A stretch of DNA of 64,000 bases from a bacterium. Its GTDB lineage: Bacteria; Zhuqueibacterota; Zhuqueibacteria; Residuimicrobiales; Krinioviventaceae. Under the pieces are notes generated by a model that ran no database searches, had not been told where the DNA came from, and worked only from the letters and a program-made list of their open reading frames with translations. The position numbers and the translations under genes are program-made. Below are positions 50,331 to 60,286 of this stretch, piece by piece. How positions within the stretch are numbered: the stretch's first letter is position 1; every line of letters begins with the position of its first letter. The stretch lies in contig CAXXMD010000003.1 of NCBI GenBank assembly GCA_963675755.2, positions 1,056,001 to 1,120,000 on the forward strand. Direction: 5' to 3'.

Positions 50331-50768
50331 ATGAAGTACACCGTAGATATTCTCATCAAACTACCTCGCAATCGAGTCATTGAACTGTTTGACAATCCCG
50401 ATAATCTGTTCAAATGGCAGCCTGAATTAAAGAAATTCGAACCCATAAGCGGAGAACCGGGACAATCCGGTTCAAAATCCAGATTGGTTTATGATATGAA
50501 CGGTCGCAATTTGGAAATGATTGAAACCATCATAAAATACGATTTGCCGGAAGAGTTTTCTGCCACCTATGACGCAAAAAACGTTCACAATCATGTTGTA
50601 AACCGTTTCACGGAAGAAGGAGAATCACTGACCCGCTGGAGCAATGAAAACGTATTTGAATTTAGTGGGTTCATGAAGCTGGTGGGATTTTTTATGAAAG
50701 GCGCCTTTCCCAAACAGACACTAAAAGACATGAACAGTTTTAAAATCTTTGCGGAAGCAGAATCCTGA
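50331..50768 (+). CDS. SRPBCC/START-domain protein
   Basis: FDNPDNLFKWQP, C-terminal helix FPKQTLKDMNSFKIFAE. Confidence 0.85.
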   Translation: MKYTVDILIKLPRNRVIELFDNPDNLFKWQPELKKFEPISGEPGQSGSKSRLVYDMNGRNLEMIETIIKYDLPEEFSATYDAKNVHNHVVNRFTEEGESLTRWSNENVFEFSGFMKLVGFFMKGAFPKQTLKDMNSFKIFAEAES

Positions 50769-50915
50769 AAAATATCAGTTTCGGGTAATTACAGAAAACG
50801 TCTCATCCATAAAAGGCTCGATGGATTTCCAAACCAGGTACCTGTCTTAAAATACATCTCACAGATCTGCGTCTGTTAGCTGATGGTCCATTTCTTCAAA
50901 TATGCCGAGTGACAT
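50762..50915 (-). pseudogene. Degraded N-terminal gene fragment, DUF3788-like
   Basis: Hand translation MSLGIFEEMDHQLTDADL*DVF*DRYLVWKSIEPFMDETFSVITRN*YFSG; begins about 20 bp after the YoaP-like gene on the same strand. Confidence 0.5.
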
Positions 50916-50934
50916 TGTCTTTCTACAACTAGAA

Positions 50935-51690
50935 TTACAATTTCAACTCTTTATGGACAATATTCTTGAACCGTCCCAAACTTACCGGATGGTCAGCAAC
51001 GACCTTGTTCAGATACAGTATGGCAAATACACCAAATACTCCGGGGTTCCGCTGTGCCTGCTCAGCAGAGGTGATTTTGACGGTATTCACATCCAGTCCC
51101 TTTTCATCACAATAGGTCTGAATATCATTAACAAATTTGGCATTCATGGGACATTGGTCCGAGATCAAAATCGTTAAGCCCTTATACGCATCCAGCTCTG
51201 CTTCCAAAGTAAAAATAGGATCATCTGCCTGATCAAATTTTAGCGCCAACAGCTCAAAACGATCACGGCGATCCACAACCTCAAATCCCTGTGCAGTAAA
51301 CAATGCCCGGCTGGCAATCCATGTGCCTTCACTGGTGACTACGGCAACACCTTTCATACCGCGCGATCTGGCATCTTCAATGCAAGCCTGCACCAGCATG
51401 GCGCCATATCCCTGGTTTTGATAGACCTTGGGGTATACCCAGATACAATGTACAACCATATATCCCTGTGCTTTTACAGCCCGCCAGGCGTGCTCGCCCG
51501 GTACATACTCTATAAAGCCAACGGATTTTCCATCTATAATGATCTGCTTTTGCGTCAATCCACTGGCCGACATTTCTTTGAACCACTCGGTTTTGGGTGC
51601 AAAGCCCACATGCTTGACACTTTTTAAACATCCCAGTCCATATTCCTGCACCGTATCCAGCGTCAACGATTCAATTTTGTATTCTGGCAT
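50935..51690 (-). CDS. GNAT acetyltransferase with YoaP-like C-terminal domain
   Basis: FIEYVPGEHAWR, HCIWV, QNQGYG, SDQCPM and AEQAQRNP motifs. Confidence 0.85.
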   Translation of the reverse strand: MPEYKIESLTLDTVQEYGLGCLKSVKHVGFAPKTEWFKEMSASGLTQKQIIIDGKSVGFIEYVPGEHAWRAVKAQGYMVVHCIWVYPKVYQNQGYGAMLVQACIEDARSRGMKGVAVVTSEGTWIASRALFTAQGFEVVDRRDRFELLALKFDQADDPIFTLEAELDAYKGLTILISDQCPMNAKFVNDIQTYCDEKGLDVNTVKITSAEQAQRNPGVFGVFAILYLNKVVADHPVSLGRFKNIVHKELKL

Positions 51691-51746
51691 AATAATTACT
51701 CTCCTTTTAATACTAAAAAATAGGATATTTATAAATGCCAGTCAAC

Positions 51747-51800
51747 GAGTTTGTGGATATATATAAATAAAGGCCTCTTGAAATTCATCAAAAGGCCTTT
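51747..51800 (-). terminator. Terminator plus a 15-bp element also present at 56389
   Basis: AAAGGCCT..AGGCCTTT stem; GAGTTTGTGGATATA at 51747-51761. Confidence 0.65.
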
Positions 51801-51824
51801 TAGGATTCATCCTTGTTAATTTTC

Positions 51825-54800
51825 TTATCGCATCAAGATCATCTTGTGGGTTGTTGCAAAGTCCTGGTATCGTACACGGCAAAAATACATGCCCGATGCC
51901 GCCTGGTTGCCGTAGGCATCTCTACCATGCCATGTTATTGTATGCTGGCCGGGCTGAACATGTCTATGAATCAGCGTAGTTACTTTGCGACCCTGAATAT
52001 CAAACACCTCAACCACAACCTGGTCCGCTTCCGGTACGTCAAAGGTAATGCGCGTTTCCGGGTTGAAGGGATTGGGATAGTTTGCATAGACAACAAATTC
52101 ATCTATAACCTGTCCCTCTTTTCCGGCATTCCCTTTGGGTAACTTTTCACCTGGGAATTCCGCTTCTTCCCCCATACACGTTTTCATAATATAAATCCAT
52201 TCATCAACGGGGAAATCTTTTTCTAGAGAATCTCTTATAGCCAAGGCTGATTTTTCATCTTTTTCCTGATAATTGTACACAAGCCATGAATCGAACATTG
52301 CCTTTTTTGCCAATTCTGTTTTGGGAAATTGTTTTTCAAGAATGGAATATAATTCAAGGGCTTTATCAAACTGCTTTGTATTGAACATGTGCTTGGCGTA
52401 CAATTCGCACGCCTTACCACCAACCTTTGTTGCTTTACTGTTCATCTCTGATTCATACAGCTGAAATACATTGTTGTCTTTCTCCTTTGATTTGTGATAA
52501 CATTTATTAATCAAACTCAGTGCCAGTGAGGCGCCGTGATCGTTTGGATACTCGAGAACAATGGTTTTAAAAATACCAATAGCGGCATTGAAATCTTTTT
52601 CCATTATCATTTTATACCCATTGTTCAGTAACTTCTTTGCACCGGGATCTATAGTGATCATGTCCTCCACAGCCTGTTGAACCGGATCATTCACCACCGC
52701 CTTACTCAGGTAAGGAACCGTACTTACGTCACCATAAACAAGTGTATGATCGTCCCAAGAATTATACTCGGCATAAATTGTTGCATTCAGTAATGAATAA
52801 ACATGAAAAGTAGTATTGTCATAAAAATTGTTTGCTGAAGGGCACCCATTATTATACCAACCTAATATCGGGCAGGAATTACTGTCAATGTAAACTCCAT
52901 AGCTGCTGTTATCATGTATTTGGTTGTGCCCGTAATTCGTTTCGCTAAACAGATCAAAATGTGACCCATTATAGCAAGATATCCCATACCCAACATTATC
53001 ATAGATATTATTGATATAAATTCGTGGATATGAATCATATAGATAAATACCACGATTTGAAGAATTATAAATATTATTATTTGCAAGGTCAATTTTATCG
53101 TCACAACAATACAAGAAAATATTGCTATTCGTGTTGGAATAAATATCATTATTTTCAATATAAAAAGTTGTGTTGGGATAACCTATGAATAAACCATAAG
53201 AATTTTGTCTAAAAGAATTATTCTCCATTGTCAAAGCAGTTGTTGCCTCAGGGAAAAAACTATGAAACCCATATTCATTATGATGTATATCACAATACTG
53301 GATTGTTGGCCACGCTTTGTTTGTATGAATACCATAAGTTGCGTTTTGTATATCACAATATTCTAGAATACAATCCGCGTCAATACTCGAATCATTAAAA
53401 TTAAGGCCTCCCCATGTACCGGAGATTGAATTAAAAGTAATCATATTGCCGGACTCGCCTTCAGCAATGAGTGTACCGTTGACTGTTATTTTCTTTCCTG
53501 AAGGAATTCGTATTGTTGAACCAGGCTCAATAGTTAAAATCAAACCGGCAGGTACGGTAACATCTCCGGTTAATGTATGTGTACCTGACCAGATTTGGTT
53601 ATAAGGAAGTGAACCGGAAAAGGTTAATGGTTTTGGTGTAGGATCAGCTAAATATGTTTTTTTGCTTTCAAGAAAACGATTATATGCCGGAATTCGCTGG
53701 TCCAAGTTGGTTTCAGGCCCAACAGCCGGCCAGGTATAACTCGCATCTAAAAAGTCAGGCCTAGATGAATAATAATAAGATACATCTGCCAATTCACATA
53801 CATATCCGAACATTGCATTTAAACTATGAGTAACTGGTTGTGTATAGCTATTTTTGTACCCAAACAAATCCAATATTGGGAGGTGGTCAGCATCATAAAT
53901 CAATGCTTTTTCATCTGAAAAGTCATCAGCAATATTACCAAGAAAGGACCAGTTTTCCATTGCTTTTAATGTAATTTCATCCTGATCATAGCAATAGTTT
54001 CTGACAAACGTATTGTAAAAACCATTTGCGCCAAAATGATCATCTGCGCCAATTTCCTCAACGATGTTTTGCTCAAACAAGTGGCCACAGGGCCATTTGG
54101 CGTGTAGATCAAGGTCGCGATAGGTAATATCATTATCAATTCCCCAACACTGACTCCACGTTTGTTCGCGAGAATAATTAAATGTCCAAACATTACAATT
54201 TGACCCGCCACCGGCAACCAGGGAATGACGCAAAATACGAAAAATATTATTCTCAACAAGACAATTCGTAGTACTGGTAGCCAAATTAACACCATACCCC
54301 CAACCGCCGCCACAATAAGCCATTGCCTCGTGTAAATAGCAGCCGGATACCTCACAATGAGTTGATCTGGAAAACGCTATATGGCTACACGACGGCTTGT
54401 AAGAATCCACACCCCTGACCCAGCAATTGACAGCAATATCAAAATTAATTTGATTGGGATGCCCATCATCTGCCATAAGATACGGCGACCTCTCAATTCT
54501 CAAATCTTCGATACCGATGCTTTGAACAGGATTCATTTTTCGAACTTGGAGTGGCATATCTTCAGCATCATTATCATAATAGTACTGGTTAGCTTCATCT
54601 TTGATATCTATCCAGGTGCCAGAACCATCAACCGCATCAATCTTTGATATTTGTCCGACTATGTGAGTTTCAGGATCATCTCCATCATAACGATAATCAT
54701 AATTTTCCACTACAAAATGTACCCAATCATTAACAGTCCAAGTACCGGATACCGGGTATAAACGTTTATCACCTTTATTAAGAGCGCCATTTACATCTAT

Positions 54801-55253
54801 CCAACTATCAGCAGAACCATAAATATTGAAACAGGCCAGATTGTGTATACCTTGAAAGACAAGTGTTGTGCGATCAGACCCTGCTCCCTGGAAGACAATA
54901 TTGCTACATGTGTTGTCCAGAGTAACAGGCGTATCCAGGTAATATGTTCCCTCAAGGAAATGAATAATTGCCAGTCGGCTGGGATTTGTTGGATTTGGAT
55001 CTCCACCAATAAATGCTTTTGCCTGTACTATTTTAGCCTCTACTTCCGCATAATCATCAGCAGAATTGCCATTAACAATATAAACCTGGACCGGACCGAA
55101 AGAACCGGGCTCTTGTAACAATCCGGCATTGTACCAGGGCACCTGGTGGGAAGCCGGTATATGCCCCACCCCATTATATAATGTTTGACTATAGGCTATT
55201 ACGCTAAAAACAAAAATAAAAAGAGTTGACAGATTACATACATGTTTTTTCAT
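51825..55253 (-). CDS. Large secreted protein: two right-handed beta-helix regions, TPR-like helices, C-terminal FlgD-Ig domain
   Basis: Signal peptide; EGTYYL..FQGAGSDRT; repeated N-I-Y-x-N coils; NYPNPFNPET..FDIQGRKV..W.G.D..G..ASGMYF. Confidence 0.8.
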   Translation of the reverse strand: MKKHVCNLSTLFIFVFSVIAYSQTLYNGVGHIPASHQVPWYNAGLLQEPGSFGPVQVYIVNGNSADDYAEVEAKIVQAKAFIGGDPNPTNPSRLAIIHFLEGTYYLDTPVTLDNTCSNIVFQGAGSDRTTLVFQGIHNLACFNIYGSADSWIDVNGALNKGDKRLYPVSGTWTVNDWVHFVVENYDYRYDGDDPETHIVGQISKIDAVDGSGTWIDIKDEANQYYYDNDAEDMPLQVRKMNPVQSIGIEDLRIERSPYLMADDGHPNQINFDIAVNCWVRGVDSYKPSCSHIAFSRSTHCEVSGCYLHEAMAYCGGGWGYGVNLATSTTNCLVENNIFRILRHSLVAGGGSNCNVWTFNYSREQTWSQCWGIDNDITYRDLDLHAKWPCGHLFEQNIVEEIGADDHFGANGFYNTFVRNYCYDQDEITLKAMENWSFLGNIADDFSDEKALIYDADHLPILDLFGYKNSYTQPVTHSLNAMFGYVCELADVSYYYSSRPDFLDASYTWPAVGPETNLDQRIPAYNRFLESKKTYLADPTPKPLTFSGSLPYNQIWSGTHTLTGDVTVPAGLILTIEPGSTIRIPSGKKITVNGTLIAEGESGNMITFNSISGTWGGLNFNDSSIDADCILEYCDIQNATYGIHTNKAWPTIQYCDIHHNEYGFHSFFPEATTALTMENNSFRQNSYGLFIGYPNTTFYIENNDIYSNTNSNIFLYCCDDKIDLANNNIYNSSNRGIYLYDSYPRIYINNIYDNVGYGISCYNGSHFDLFSETNYGHNQIHDNSSYGVYIDSNSCPILGWYNNGCPSANNFYDNTTFHVYSLLNATIYAEYNSWDDHTLVYGDVSTVPYLSKAVVNDPVQQAVEDMITIDPGAKKLLNNGYKMIMEKDFNAAIGIFKTIVLEYPNDHGASLALSLINKCYHKSKEKDNNVFQLYESEMNSKATKVGGKACELYAKHMFNTKQFDKALELYSILEKQFPKTELAKKAMFDSWLVYNYQEKDEKSALAIRDSLEKDFPVDEWIYIMKTCMGEEAEFPGEKLPKGNAGKEGQVIDEFVVYANYPNPFNPETRITFDVPEADQVVVEVFDIQGRKVTTLIHRHVQPGQHTITWHGRDAYGNQAASGMYFCRVRYQDFATTHKMILMR

Positions 55254-55281
55254 AATAAAATCCCCAATTTTTTGTATTCAG

Positions 55282-55950
55282 TTAGAAATTATAGCCAATA
55301 TTGAATAAATAGCCCTCAATTTCATCATATATTCTAATAGTATCAGAGCTTTGACGTGCATCTATTGCTTTTTCAATGCTCAAAGAAAAGAAATAACTTT
55401 TATAGACTATCTTTCCTCCAAAAAATAGATTTTCGAATCCCTCAACCCTTCCATCAACGCGTTCATAATCATAATCATATTCACCCTGATCATTTGGTTC
55501 AAGTTTTATCACTCTTGATTTATTTATTTTATTATTATTTGATAATGGGATCATCAGATTATACCCACAATGAAATTCGAGACTAGTTTGATTGCTTATT
55601 TTTTTTGTAATACCTATCTGTAGAGGAATTTCAACAAAAAGCAAATTGATATTAATATCTCCTTTTTTAAAGTAGTTGTCCATTTGATTTAAATTTGCTT
55701 CCCAAATTCGATCTTTTAAAGATATTCTAATATTTTGCAACTTGAGACCGCTTCCCACAAATCCGCCAAACTTTGAAAATGGGTAGTAATCTAATCCCAA
55801 TCCCCCGGAAATACCATAACCTGGCGTACAGCTTTCGTGGCGGAAGGTTGACCGGTTGACACCCACTTCCACATATTTTACGGTTTTAGCCGTAACATTT
55901 TGTGCAACAAACAGAACAAGCGCCCAACAAAAAATTTTTAGAGTATTCAT
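55282..55950 (-). CDS. Small outer-membrane beta-barrel protein (PorT/OmpA-like)
   Basis: Signal peptide; FVEIPLQIG; amphipathic strands; ends FNIGYNF; AT-rich. Confidence 0.7.
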   Translation of the reverse strand: MNTLKIFCWALVLFVAQNVTAKTVKYVEVGVNRSTFRHESCTPGYGISGGLGLDYYPFSKFGGFVGSGLKLQNIRISLKDRIWEANLNQMDNYFKKGDININLLFVEIPLQIGITKKISNQTSLEFHCGYNLMIPLSNNNKINKSRVIKLEPNDQGEYDYDYERVDGRVEGFENLFFGGKIVYKSYFFSLSIEKAIDARQSSDTIRIYDEIEGYLFNIGYNF

Positions 55951-56165
55951 AATTCACTCCTTTTTAAATAAATGTCTTTAGTGTAAAAAATGGCTATGGC
56001 GGTATCAAGATTTTTCCCCTTGCTTTCATATTGTACCCCACAGTACATAAGCATCTCTTTGCGAATTAGATTACAGTATTCACGTGTAGTACGACCCTGT
56101 GTAGCGCTGAATTACAAGTGAGTTCCCTCGTCACTCGTTAAAATTTACGCATCCAGCACTCTTCT
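55951..56165 (-). ncRNA. Candidate structured 5' leader RNA (unassigned)
   Basis: Lies between a promoter at 56199-56171 and RBS AAGGAG; nested stems whose mismatches are G-U pairs on the minus strand. Confidence 0.35.
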
Positions 56166-56170
56166 TTTTT

Positions 56171-56199
56171 AGAATAAATAAAAATTTTAACTTTGTCAA
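56171..56199 (-). promoter_or_regulatory. Putative sigma70 promoter
   Basis: Minus strand TTGACA-17 bp-TATTCT. Confidence 0.6.
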
Positions 56200-56330
56200 G
56201 AGAAATTGTAATAAATAGAAAAATTTTTTACTTTTTTCCAAAATATTGAGGTATTTAATGGCCCGGCACATCGAAAGTTCCGGGTGGAATATAAATCAGG
56301 ACATTACTCCAGGTGGTAAACAAAGCGATA

Positions 56331-56443
56331 ACGGGACGAATGTCCCGAATGAACATTCCACGATGCAGAAATCTGCATCGCGATCATAGAGTTTGTGGAT
56401 ATACATTAAAAAAAGGCCCCCGTTAAAATACAGGAACCTTTTT
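56331..56443. repeat. Short palindromes, the 15-bp repeat and a weak terminator
   Basis: CGGGAC-GAAT-GTCCCG; CGATGCAGA-AA-TCTGCATCG; GAGTTTGTGGATATA at 56389-56403; AAAAAGG..CCTTTTT. Confidence 0.55.
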
Positions 56444-56477
56444 CATTGGTTGTGCTGCTATACCTTTACCGGAGGTA

Positions 56478-59400
56478 TTATTTAATATAGACCATCTTTT
56501 TGGATTCTAAAAAATCCCGGGTCTGTATTCTGTAAAAATAAACCCCTGTACTGACTCTGGTTCCAACGGTATTGGTTCCGTCCCATTGCGCGGTATAATA
56601 TCCTGCCTGCATTTGCGAGACATCCGCAAGGGATTTAACCAGCCGTCCCTGTATATCATAAACATCCAGTTTCACATATGACGCTTTGGGCAATGCAAAG
56701 CGAATGGTGGTTATGGGATTAAAAGGATTGGGATAATTCTGCTCCAGCTCAAAAGTTTGCGGCAGCATGGCATCTCCCGGATTTGTATCTTCAATTCCGG
56801 TCAATACATCCACACCGTTTTCCCAAACCACATTGGCAATTTCAGCATCATTATGAAGGTCCGAGAGATCCATCAACTCGTTTCCATTGCCTTCATTCAT
56901 GTGCCAGTAACCGATTAATCCCGGTGCGTCTTTTTCTACAAAATCATACATCCATGTGCTGATCTCCTGATCAGTACGTACAACATTCCAGACTCGCACT
57001 TCATCTATCAGCCCGTTAAAAGCAAGATTATGATCAATACTGTTACCAATAGTTAAATCAAAATTGCCATTAAACATGACCTCTCCATCAGGCACACCAT
57101 ATAAATAATCCGCTTCTTGCAGTACACCATTAATGTACATTTTTGCCGTACTGGTGGCCGCTTCATAGGTCACAGCAAAATGCTGCCACTCGTTTAGCTG
57201 TACCGCATTCTCTTTAGAGTCCGTATAGCTGATGGTATTGTTGCTGTTGATCAAATAAAAAGATACGCTGTTTTTGTTCATTCCGGGTATATCACCTATC
57301 AAATGCAGCGAAAAATTTTCTTTATCAACAATCCTCCCAAACTCGTATGAACCATAATTATAGGGTTTTACCCATGCTTCAAGGGTCAGGTTTTGCGTCA
57401 AATTCAGCTCATCTGTTGGTTGGCATTTGGCATAACTGCTGTCTGTGTTGAATAAAAGCGAACTTTCTCCGTTAAACACACGTACTTGGTTTTCAAACTG
57501 GTAATTTTTTGTAATTCCACCCCCTTGTAGTGTCAAACTAACACTGTACTCACCGGGAGTTTCAAACACAAATACCGGACTTTTTTCATGTGAATCAATA
57601 GTACCATCACTATCAAAATCCCATTCATAGGATTCAATATAGCCATAAGAGTGGTCCTCAAATTCCACCTCAAGGGGAGCATGACCGGTACCCGGCAAAA
57701 CATCCATTCCCTGAACAATGTTGGACACCTTGAGCAAGAGTATATCATGTTTTCCGGCTCCCATTGAGCGGGTATGGCCCAGAACAACAAAGCCATCCTG
57801 TACCGAACAAACCGCGTTTGCCCATTCGGTGTTGTCTCCACCAAGGGATTTGGTCCACAGTTCATTTGCATTCTCATCAAAATACCGCAGATAGAGTTGA
57901 TTATACAATGTTCCCGGAACCTTGGTTGCTCCCGCAACCAGAAACGAACCATCATCATTTACACAAACACTGTTGCCATAATCATAAAAGGTATCACCAT
58001 AATTGAGCTGCCATTCCTGATTTCCGGCTGAATCTGTTTTGACCACATAGGCCTGCATAGGAGATACAATGTTGCTGTTTCCGGCTATAATCCATTCTCC
58101 GGTATTCATCTGGCTTGCTGATTTGCCCCAGTCAAAAGGGAACGAATCAGAGGTATTGCCAAAAGTCTTGTTCCAGTTCATATCGCCATTCTCGGCAAGA
58201 TTCAGCATCCAAACATCCTGATTACCGGTGTTAAATGCTGACCCGGTAGCGCCAATGACCATATAACTGCCATCCGAGGCCTGCTTGATAGACTGGCCAA
58301 TCTCTGACCGTTCTTCACCATAGGTTTGGGACCAAATCAAATCACCCTGATCATCAGTTTTGATTACATACAGATCTTCTTCACCATTGGTATCAGCATC
58401 CGTAAATCCACAAATCAAAATATCATCATCCGTTGTTACGCAAACCGAATAACCAACCTCAAGTCCGTCAGATCCGAATGTTTTTTCCCAAACGAGGTTG
58501 CCTGTATTATCTGTTTTAACAAGGTACACATCCTTGTTCATATTTTCAGATGTGGTATACCCGGTAACCACATACCCGCCATCCGCGGTTTCCGCAATAC
58601 CGTAACCATATTCCCAGCCGGTACCGCCAAAGGTACTGCTCCACTCGGTATTGCCCTCAGCATCGGTTTTCAGCACCAGCAAATCCGTATAGCCATTACT
58701 GTTCGAGTTGGTATACCCTGCTATTGCAAATCCGCCATCCTGAGTTTGGATAATTGCCTTGCCGCCTTCTGAGCCGGAACCGCCAATGGTTTTGGCCCAA
58801 ATTAAATCTTCATCCTCAATATCTGCCAGGGTGTTTACCAAATCTCCGGATACTGCCGAACCGTTCTGGTTCCGTGCATTTTGTTCAAGCACTGTGGCAA
58901 TGGCGTCTATATTATGCAGATAATAATACTGGTCGCGTACACAGGAAATAATGTTACCATCAATAACCGGATGATGGTCCTCCCCCAAATAGTTTGCGCC
59001 AGCGGCCGCATATTCGTCTTGGTACTTGGCAGTACCGATAATATCAACTCCGTTTAAAAGGTCTGCGGCCGCCAGCACTCGGACCCCGGCGCATGAGGTC
59101 CAAAAGACAAGACCTGAATCTACTGCTGTTTTAATTAATGTCATGGTGGTTGAATCTTCTAATACTTCTTTATAGGGTGTTCCGGAGCGCCATCTTACCG
59201 GCATAAGGGCCAGAACATCGTACGCCATAATATCTTTAATATCTGAAATCAAGCTGTCAACTGTAATGGGAAACACGTTGTCAAAAAATGGACACGGTTT
59301 AACTTCTTCAGTGAGTCCCGTCAAGGTAATATCCCAACCGTATTCATCCATAGCATCCCGATTTAAAAAATAGTTAGGTCCATAGCGTTCTGACAATAGC

Positions 59401-59486
59401 ACCAACACTTTGACCGAGTTTCCGTTAGAGGCAAACAAATTAAAAGACATGAATACCATCAAACAAAAAAGCAAAACCTTTTTCAT
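56478..59486 (-). CDS. Large secreted protein: DJ-1/PfpI-like domain, beta-propeller repeats, PKD, LamG, FlgD-Ig
   Basis: TSCAGVRVLAAADLL (DJ-1 Cys); repeats W.KTFGG..E.G..TDDGG..G.T; WDFDSDG..P..FETPGEY (PKD); TLEAWVK..WQHFAVT..GLIDEVRVWN (LamG); NYPNPFNP. Confidence 0.85.
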   Translation of the reverse strand: MKKVLLFCLMVFMSFNLFASNGNSVKVLVLLSERYGPNYFLNRDAMDEYGWDITLTGLTEEVKPCPFFDNVFPITVDSLISDIKDIMAYDVLALMPVRWRSGTPYKEVLEDSTTMTLIKTAVDSGLVFWTSCAGVRVLAAADLLNGVDIIGTAKYQDEYAAAGANYLGEDHHPVIDGNIISCVRDQYYYLHNIDAIATVLEQNARNQNGSAVSGDLVNTLADIEDEDLIWAKTIGGSGSEGGKAIIQTQDGGFAIAGYTNSNSNGYTDLLVLKTDAEGNTEWSSTFGGTGWEYGYGIAETADGGYVVTGYTTSENMNKDVYLVKTDNTGNLVWEKTFGSDGLEVGYSVCVTTDDDILICGFTDADTNGEEDLYVIKTDDQGDLIWSQTYGEERSEIGQSIKQASDGSYMVIGATGSAFNTGNQDVWMLNLAENGDMNWNKTFGNTSDSFPFDWGKSASQMNTGEWIIAGNSNIVSPMQAYVVKTDSAGNQEWQLNYGDTFYDYGNSVCVNDDGSFLVAGATKVPGTLYNQLYLRYFDENANELWTKSLGGDNTEWANAVCSVQDGFVVLGHTRSMGAGKHDILLLKVSNIVQGMDVLPGTGHAPLEVEFEDHSYGYIESYEWDFDSDGTIDSHEKSPVFVFETPGEYSVSLTLQGGGITKNYQFENQVRVFNGESSLLFNTDSSYAKCQPTDELNLTQNLTLEAWVKPYNYGSYEFGRIVDKENFSLHLIGDIPGMNKNSVSFYLINSNNTISYTDSKENAVQLNEWQHFAVTYEAATSTAKMYINGVLQEADYLYGVPDGEVMFNGNFDLTIGNSIDHNLAFNGLIDEVRVWNVVRTDQEISTWMYDFVEKDAPGLIGYWHMNEGNGNELMDLSDLHNDAEIANVVWENGVDVLTGIEDTNPGDAMLPQTFELEQNYPNPFNPITTIRFALPKASYVKLDVYDIQGRLVKSLADVSQMQAGYYTAQWDGTNTVGTRVSTGVYFYRIQTRDFLESKKMVYIK

Positions 59487-59564
59487 TACCATCTCCCTAA
59501 TATTTTCAATTTCCTGGTTAATAATAATAAAGAAAAAAGGAATCACAAAATATTGCTGGGTGAA

Positions 59565-60281
59565 TTACAATATATCGGGGTTAACTTCAAAATGTTTTTG
59601 CAAATCTTTATATTTAGACCTGCTCAGTGGTAGAATTTCCCCGGAATCCAAAGTAAGAGTATATTTCCCCTGCCCCGCATGACCAAAAGATTTAACATGT
59701 TCAATATCTGCAATGCATGAACGATGAATTTGTACAAACCGATGCGGAAGAATCTGAATTAAACGATATATGGGCTTGTCCAGCAGCTCCATATGCCCAT
59801 CCATCATGTATCCCTCTACATAATTATCCGCACCCATGAAATATTTAAAGCGATTTACATCCAGTACCCGTATCCCGTTCTGATCTTTTACTGTTAAATA
59901 GCGTATTGCCAGATCATGGCGGTAAGATAAATTAAAATACCGGTCAAAGGCTTTTTGGAGACGTTCTGCGTCAAAAGGTTTTGGCACAAAATCCAGAACA
60001 CCATATTCAAACGCATGCACCGCCTGGTCTGTATATGCCGAAATAATGATTGTATGAAAAGATCCCGCTACTGAATGCTGCAGCAGATCATAACCGTCTT
60101 TACCGTTCAGATTCAGGTCCAAAAGGCAAACATCAATAGAATGCTCAGATAAAAATAAAAGCGCTCGCTCGACCGTATGCACCTTGGATATAGAGGTCAG
60201 CTCACTCCCCAGTACCTGCTGTGCTGTCTCTTCAATAAAATCCGCAATGGGGGGTTCATCTTCTATGATCAAAACCTTCAT
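59565..60281 (-). CDS. LytTR-family response regulator
   Basis: IIEDE, LLDLNL, DFVPKP; FVQIHRS and LPLSRS motifs. Confidence 0.93.
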   Translation of the reverse strand: MKVLIIEDEPPIADFIEETAQQVLGSELTSISKVHTVERALLFLSEHSIDVCLLDLNLNGKDGYDLLQHSVAGSFHTIIISAYTDQAVHAFEYGVLDFVPKPFDAERLQKAFDRYFNLSYRHDLAIRYLTVKDQNGIRVLDVNRFKYFMGADNYVEGYMMDGHMELLDKPIYRLIQILPHRFVQIHRSCIADIEHVKSFGHAGQGKYTLTLDSGEILPLSRSKYKDLQKHFEVNPDIL

Positions 60282-60286
60282 ACAGA

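Noticed and set aside
50762-50915. Selenoprotein or recoded TGA
   Set aside because: The frame also contains TAA and is truncated, which fits decay
51747-51761. DnaA boxes / oriC
   Set aside because: Only isolated one-mismatch boxes here and at ~56394; no cluster and no dnaA context
55951-56165. Cobalamin or c-di-GMP riboswitch
   Set aside because: AGGGAA and ACUGUAA are present but the other core elements and spacing are not; no c-di-GMP-I consensus found
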